From: Pelagimonas sp.
Lineage (GTDB): Bacteria; Pseudomonadota; Alphaproteobacteria; Rhodobacterales; Rhodobacteraceae
DNA length: 64,000 nucleotides
Direction of reading: 5' to 3'
Assembly (NCBI GenBank): GCA_049116335.1
Contig: JAGDYZ010000020.1
Coordinates: 21,794-85,793 of the forward strand
Shown: piece after piece, positions 59,314-64,000 of the stretch
How the letters are laid out: every line of letters begins with the position of its first letter
How positions within the stretch are numbered: position 1 is the stretch's first letter
The notes under the pieces: generated by a model
Databases searched by the model: none
What the model was told of the DNA's origin: nothing
Seen by the model: the letters and a program-made list of their open reading frames with translations, nothing else
Program-made: the position numbers and the translations under genes

Positions 59314-59868
59314 TTAGCTGTCGCTCCAAACGATTTTCGGGGCAAAGCGCGGCCGCGTGAAGCCAAAGTTGTAGAACTCTTGCGCCGGCAACCCCGGCAC
59401 TGTCATCGGCGGCACATAGTCGGTGGATGTCTCGACCACAATCACGCGCTCATTGTGCAGCAACGTCGGCAGCTGGCTTTCAATCGCCTTGAGATCTCGG
59501 GTCTTGTAGCGATTGAAATCCCCCCGCGTTTTTGACCACTCAACAATGTACTTCGATTTCTTGTTGTTCCAGCGCACAAGGCTGACCCGTAGGGAATAGG
59601 GCCCAGCCGACCGAGTGAGAAACTCCATCAACTCAACCATCCCATCCAGATAGGCGTTGTTGATCGGGTCCGTCTGACGTGAAATCGCATCCGAAATTGT
59701 ATAGGCGGCCTTGATGTTCAGGCTTTTGTGCCGAAACGCATCGTGAAACGAAAAGGTCGCGGCCATGATGGACAAGATCAGCGGCATGAAAATCACGGAT
59801 TCAATCGCGACATTGCCGGTTTCATCACGACCAAACTGGCGGAGGCGGGTGATAAGGTTCTTCATCAT
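59314..59868 (-). CDS. TadE/TadG-family (Flp pilus assembly-like) protein
   Basis: N-terminal RDETGNVAIESVIFMPLILSIM TadE-like pseudopilin motif. Confidence 0.75.
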   Translation of the reverse strand: MMKNLITRLRQFGRDETGNVAIESVIFMPLILSIMAATFSFHDAFRHKSLNIKAAYTISDAISRQTDPINNAYLDGMVELMEFLTRSAGPYSLRVSLVRWNNKKSKYIVEWSKTRGDFNRYKTRDLKAIESQLPTLLHNERVIVVETSTDYVPPMTVPGLPAQEFYNFGFTRPRFAPKIVWSDS

Positions 59869-59873
59869 CGCTG

Positions 59874-60410
59874 TTACCTCGGTTCCTGAACAAAGGCTGA
59901 CGTCACAATAAGCTGCGCGTAGCCCTCTTCATCTTTCAAAAGCTCTTTGCCAAGGGCGGTGGTCGGCATCATCGGCTTGAACTTCAAACAGGCCCGGATC
60001 AGCATCATCTGGTTGGCCTGGCCATGGACAAAGCTCCGCACTGGACGCGGATCTTCCACAGCGTTCTGACAATCGGCAGAGGAAGGCGGCGCAACAAAGT
60101 TCATCGGATCCACCTGCACCATTTCAAGCCGCAGGTTGTCCTCACAGTCATTCACAACCGCAGCGGCGTCGCAGATCTTGGTGCGCACTTCGGCATAACC
60201 GGGGATATGGCCCGTCGCCAGACGGATTTCGCGGGTCACCAGATCAACACCACGTTCCAGCATGGTATGGCGCATGTTCATATAGGCGATCTCAACCCCA
60301 GTCGCGAGAATGATGAAGAAGACCGTAAAGAAGACTGCAAATTCAACTGTGGCGTTCCCGTCATCGCTCTTGCGAAAGCGGGAGGCAATACGCGTGAAAC
60401 GAGACATCAT
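59874..60410 (-). CDS. TadE/TadG-family (Flp pilus assembly-like) protein
   Basis: N-terminal SDDGNATVEFAVFFTVFFIILATGVE TadE-like motif. Start overlaps the upstream stop. Confidence 0.75.
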   Translation of the reverse strand: MMSRFTRIASRFRKSDDGNATVEFAVFFTVFFIILATGVEIAYMNMRHTMLERGVDLVTREIRLATGHIPGYAEVRTKICDAAAVVNDCEDNLRLEMVQVDPMNFVAPPSSADCQNAVEDPRPVRSFVHGQANQMMLIRACLKFKPMMPTTALGKELLKDEEGYAQLIVTSAFVQEPR

Positions 60411-62164
60411 TGGATCAACCTCAGGCTATTGATTTGGCGGGCGATGGCATGGAAGGTCTCGGTGATCTCGACACCATCAACATCGAAGTAGTGGGCTTCC
60501 GACGACGCGCAGCTTTTCATCGCTTGCTGTCCCCGCGTTGGTGCCTCAAACCCGATTGTGAAGACCACAATCCCCTCTTCTTTGGCAGCCGAGCAGATAT
60601 CGTCTAGGCGATCATCGGCCATGTTTCCGTCGACCGTAGCCTGCGAGGCATAGTACAAATCATAATACTCGTCGTATGATACGTAGCCATCATAGTAAGG
60701 TGTGACGAAGAACTTCTGCGCTGCCGCTCGGGTCCCGAAACGGGAAAACAGTTCGGCATTGTACATTGGAACCGCATTCGATCCACCGTCTGGCTGACTG
60801 CGGTACTTGTAAGAATGGCTGTACCCATCATAGCGCACCCAATAGTACAGGTCATTGGTGTCGCCTTTGTTGTCAACGACGCGAACAGAGTAGCGGTCAT
60901 CGCTCTTGCTCGAAGTACCCCGGTCATCAACCCAGATGCTGGACCATCCGTACTTATACTTGGATTTCAAATCATACTGCGTTGTGTTCTCACCATCAGT
61001 CATCACCACAACGAACTTGATCGCTTCTGGATCGTCATACGCCGCTGGACGCGAAGATGCCTCGGTCGGAACATGGCCATCTGTTGCCATTTGCGCCACA
61101 GCAGGTCGCGTCGCGGAGTCGAGCAAAGCCACGCCCCACTTCATGCCGAGATCAATCGCAGTGTTGCCGCCAGCGTTCAGCGAATTGATATGCGCCTTCA
61201 ATGCCGTGCGGTCCGCGCTATGCACCATAATCGCACTCGTATTGCCAGTCTTACACCAAGGGCTTCCGATGGAGGTTGAGGAGGTATTCGTCGAGTAACG
61301 ATCGAAGTGACCCAGACGCGTCAACATTTGATCAGGTGAGATGGACACCGATTTAAAGTCACTTGCTTCGAAAGAAACACAGCTTGAGTACGCCGCAGGA
61401 GGGGGTGTTGCTGTATCGCTCGTGCACGATGCGCTGGCCTGCCCTTCATCATAGTTTTCTGCATTGTTATGACACAGAGAGCCGCCTGGTGCGTCTTGGT
61501 CACCATTGCCCCAGCCATTGTTCTGATTTCCATTTGGGTCAGAGCCAAACAGGCTGGTAAGGGTGAAGTATTCTGAGACCGTATCCCCAAGATTCACTGT
61601 CGCATTATAGGGCACCAAGGAAACCGTGGTCAGGCCACTGCCTTCGCCCGTGTCCTGAATAACCGTATCGATGAACTCGGCCGCAGCCGCGCGCATGTTT
61701 TCGATCCGGCTTCCGCCCATCGAGCCGGACACATCCAATACCACCGAGATTTCAACGTTCGAAATCTTCTCTTCCGCCGATGACAACGCCGGAGCGGTCA
61801 ACGTGTCCATCCCGGACATGTGCAGGAAGATGGTGTTGAGATCCGTTGTCCCCTGCGCGGTCACAGTCCGATAGTTCAAGCCTTGATCGACGGTGACGGA
61901 CCCAAGGACATCTTCAATCCCCGCTTTGGTCATATAGTCGATAACCACCGCCTGTGGGTCTTGCTCTTGATCCAGATCCGCCGCGGCCAGCACAGCCCGG
62001 TCCATCGTGCTCTGCATTTTGGCGCGAACCGCCTCAAAGCGCATGATATCCACGGAGGCCCCCGTGATGGTCAAGATCAACACCACCATAAACACAGAGA
62101 AGATGGTGACGTTGCCAGAGTCATCGTCTGAGAAACGTGTGATGTTCGCACGTATGTCGATCAT
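60407..62164 (-). CDS. TadG-like N-terminal domain protein with a von Willebrand factor A (vWA) domain
   Basis: FSDDDSGNVTIFSVFMVVLILTITGASVD TadG-like anchor. MIDAS DVSGSM. C-terminal VVFTIGF vWA strand. ATG at 62164 follows GAAAGGAG. The 111-aa ORF-track extension is rejected. Confidence 0.75.
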   Translation of the reverse strand: MIDIRANITRFSDDDSGNVTIFSVFMVVLILTITGASVDIMRFEAVRAKMQSTMDRAVLAAADLDQEQDPQAVVIDYMTKAGIEDVLGSVTVDQGLNYRTVTAQGTTDLNTIFLHMSGMDTLTAPALSSAEEKISNVEISVVLDVSGSMGGSRIENMRAAAAEFIDTVIQDTGEGSGLTTVSLVPYNATVNLGDTVSEYFTLTSLFGSDPNGNQNNGWGNGDQDAPGGSLCHNNAENYDEGQASASCTSDTATPPPAAYSSCVSFEASDFKSVSISPDQMLTRLGHFDRYSTNTSSTSIGSPWCKTGNTSAIMVHSADRTALKAHINSLNAGGNTAIDLGMKWGVALLDSATRPAVAQMATDGHVPTEASSRPAAYDDPEAIKFVVVMTDGENTTQYDLKSKYKYGWSSIWVDDRGTSSKSDDRYSVRVVDNKGDTNDLYYWVRYDGYSHSYKYRSQPDGGSNAVPMYNAELFSRFGTRAAAQKFFVTPYYDGYVSYDEYYDLYYASQATVDGNMADDRLDDICSAAKEEGIVVFTIGFEAPTRGQQAMKSCASSEAHYFDVDGVEITETFHAIARQINSLRLIQ

Positions 62165-62346
62165 GGCGTTCTCTCCTTTCAAAACCGCGCAGTTCTTCCG
62201 CGGGTTAACCAAAGTGTTAGGATCGAAGTTGGCCGAGAATGCGGCGCGAAATTGGTTAATGTCGGGTTTCATTGTGTGCCAGCCCTTTGGTTTTCGGGCT
62301 AAAACACGACCGGCCACCAAACGTGCCAGAGGTTCAATGTTGAAAT

Positions 62347-62376
62347 GGAGAGAAGAAAGAGAGGAAGGAAGGGAGA
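62347..62376. repeat. 30-nt homopurine/homopyrimidine tract
   Basis: GGAGAGAAGAAAGAGAGGAAGGAAGGGAGA on the plus strand, uninterrupted purines, in the leader upstream of the vWA gene. Confidence 0.8.
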
Positions 62377-62580
62377 CTGCGAATCCTTGCGAACCGGCCT
62401 CTTTGTGCCGCATGTCGCGCGTCGCTATTTTACCGCCTTCTTTGTCAAAGAAGCCCGGCACACCTCGGCCAGACACCCACATATTTTCATTCCTCATTCA
62501 CCATGGCGGCACAGAGCACACCACTGAGGAACGACAATACTTACCAGATCGGTTAACAACTGAGTCCGAAATGTGGCAAG

Positions 62581-62614
62581 AAAAAGGACTTAGCCGACAA
62601 TTGTCGACTAAGTC
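62581..62614 (-). terminator. intrinsic terminator after the Glu/Leu/Phe/Val dehydrogenase gene
   Basis: GACTTAG.CGACAA/TTGTCG.CTAAGTC long hairpin, followed on the minus strand by CCTTTTTCTT. Confidence 0.7.
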
Positions 62615-62640
62615 TCTCAATAGGCATCAAACGCCTGTTT

Positions 62641-64000
62641 TTACAGGCCTTTGGCCCGGTAGCTTTTGGCCACTTTATCGATTGCAACGATGTAAGCAGC
62701 GGTCCGGAGGTCCGTTACGTCGTCACGGTTGTGCCACACTTCACGCATCGATTGGTAAGCAATGCGCATGGTGTCGTCCAAACCGGACCGCACCAATTCA
62801 AGCTCATCCGCGCCGCGCAGGTAGCGATCTTTAAAGCGCGCGTCGAGATTCCACTTGTCGCCCATCGCCTCGTCAAGGCGCTCCAGCTCGGTCAGCACAA
62901 GCTCGTGACGTGCCTCTTCCTGACGACGCTGCATGCGGCCAAAGCGGATATGCGACAAGTTTTTGACCCATTCGAAGTAGGACACCGTCACACCGCCAGC
63001 GTTGGCATACATGTCAGGAATGATCACAACACCCTTTTCACGCAGGATATCATCTGCACCGGCTGTCACAGGGCCGTTGGCGGCCTCAATAATCAGGTTG
63101 GCTTTGATACGGTCAGCGTTCGAAAGGTTAATGACCCCTTCCAGAGCCGCAGGGATAAGGATGTCACAATCCTCTTCCATCACGGTTGCCCCGTCAGAGA
63201 CATGGTTGGCCGCCGGATATCCGGAAACACCGCCATGTTTGACGATCCATTCCCGCACCGCTTCGACATCCAACCCGTCCGGGCTGAACAAGGCGCCATC
63301 ATGTTCGATAATCCCCGTCACAATCGAGCCATCTTCATTCTGCAGGAATTTGGCCGCGTGATAGCCCACGTTGCCGAGCCCTTGCACAATGACACGTTTG
63401 CCATCAAGCGTCCCGGTCAGACCCGCCGCGGCTTTGTCTTCCTCATGGCGGAAGAATTCACGCAGCGCATATTGGACACCGCGACCCGTGGCTTCAACAC
63501 GGCCAGCGATACCACCCGCGTTCAAAGGCTTGCCGGTGACACAGGCGCGCGCGTTGATATCTGTGGTGTTCATGCGGGCATATTGGTCCGCAATCCACGC
63601 CATTTCCCGTTCACCGGTACCCATATCAGGGGCAGGCACGTTCTGGGCCGGATGGATCAGGTCACGTTTCGACAGCTCATAGGCAAATCGACGGGTGATC
63701 ATTTCCATTTCATGCTCGTCATACTGACGTGGATCAATACAGAGTCCGCCTTTTGATCCCCCAAATGGGGCTTCAACAAGGGCACATTTGTAAGTCATCA
63801 GCGCCGCAAGCGCCTCAACCTCATCCTGGTTCACGGCCGACGCAAAGCGGATCCCGCCTTTGACCGGCTCCATATGTTCAGAGTGTACCGAACGATATCC
63901 TACAAAGGTCTGGATCTGACCACGCAGGCGAACACCGAACCGAACGGTGTATGTCGCGTTACAAACGCGGATCTTCTCCTCAAGCCCAGGCGGAAGATCC
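62641..64000 (-). CDS. Glu/Leu/Phe/Val dehydrogenase family protein (glutamate dehydrogenase-like), 5' end outside the window
   Basis: KGGIRF...PFGGSKGG catalytic motif and GLGNVG Rossmann motif. The frame stays open upstream of the ORF-track Met at 63873 (..RSVHSEH-MEPVKGGIRF) to the window edge. Confidence 0.9.
   Translation of the reverse strand, partial: DLPPGLEEKIRVCNATYTVRFGVRLRGQIQTFVGYRSVHSEHMEPVKGGIRFASAVNQDEVEALAALMTYKCALVEAPFGGSKGGLCIDPRQYDEHEMEMITRRFAYELSKRDLIHPAQNVPAPDMGTGEREMAWIADQYARMNTTDINARACVTGKPLNAGGIAGRVEATGRGVQYALREFFRHEEDKAAAGLTGTLDGKRVIVQGLGNVGYHAAKFLQNEDGSIVTGIIEHDGALFSPDGLDVEAVREWIVKHGGVSGYPAANHVSDGATVMEEDCDILIPAALEGVINLSNADRIKANLIIEAANGPVTAGADDILREKGVVIIPDMYANAGGVTVSYFEWVKNLSHIRFGRMQRRQEEARHELVLTELERLDEAMGDKWNLDARFKDRYLRGADELELVRSGLDDTMRIAYQSMREVWHNRDDVTDLRTAAYIVAIDKVAKSYRAKGL

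Noticed and set aside
62165-62497. 111-aa N-terminal extension of the vWA/TadG-like ORF in the ORF track.
   Set aside because: The extension has no RBS and no TadG-like features. The TadG membrane-anchor motif begins just after Met112, which has a GAAAGGAG RBS.

Overview
The window reads as a gene-dense chromosomal segment from a high-GC alphaproteobacterium. A Rhodobacteraceae or roseobacter-type origin is an inference from gene content and synteny, and no search was run. By eye I found no rRNA, tRNA, CRISPR array, transposase, integrase or phage genes, so this is core or metabolic DNA rather than an obvious island.

Main blocks, in order:
1. 0.7-3.0 kb: a persulfide-dioxygenase-like MBL hydrolase, a split YeeE/YedE pair and a DUF442 protein.
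2. 3.0-4.3 kb: an orphan FliM/FliN-like protein with an acidic tail.
3. 4.4-16.6 kb: a translationally coupled module of response regulator, small membrane protein and sodium:solute-symporter-fused histidine kinase. It is followed by a ScfR/XRE-type regulator and, divergently, a five-gene HAAT-type ABC importer ending in acetyl-CoA synthetase.
4. 17-25 kb: acyl-CoA synthetase, accBC-aat, NDUFA12-mlaD-DUF2155, RidA and clpPX.
5. 25.3-37.2 kb: a complete sulfur-oxidation cluster, soxFEDCBAZYXWV on the minus strand and soxS, soxR and a fused YeeE (SoxT-like) on the plus strand.
6. 37.2-44.2 kb: riboflavin genes and nrdR (ribE, ribD, nrdR), split by an inserted capsule-export trio (kpsS, export protein, kpsC).
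7. 44.3-49 kb: an M20 amidohydrolase and several small or uncharacterised, mostly secreted, proteins.
8. 49-53 kb: rpoD and dnaG.
9. 53.4-59.2 kb: heterotetrameric sarcosine oxidase (soxBDAG, a name collision with the sulfur sox genes) carrying two extra secreted-protein ORFs.
10. 59.3-62.2 kb: a TadE/TadE/TadG-vWA trio.
11. 62.6 kb to the window end: a Glu/Leu/Phe/Val dehydrogenase truncated by the edge.

I did not find a clear-cut novel system. The most interesting candidates are:
- the REC/TM/SSS-kinase module beside the ABC-acs operon;
- the disassembled Blh-like sulfur operon, whose promoter shares ATTCA half-sites with the sox control regions;
- the secreted Cys-rich ORF embedded in the sarcosine oxidase operon;
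- the orphan FliM-like protein;
- the capsule genes wedged into the rib locus, together with a local cluster of perfect DnaA boxes.

All family calls rest on motif recognition in the supplied translations. No HMM or BLAST search was possible.
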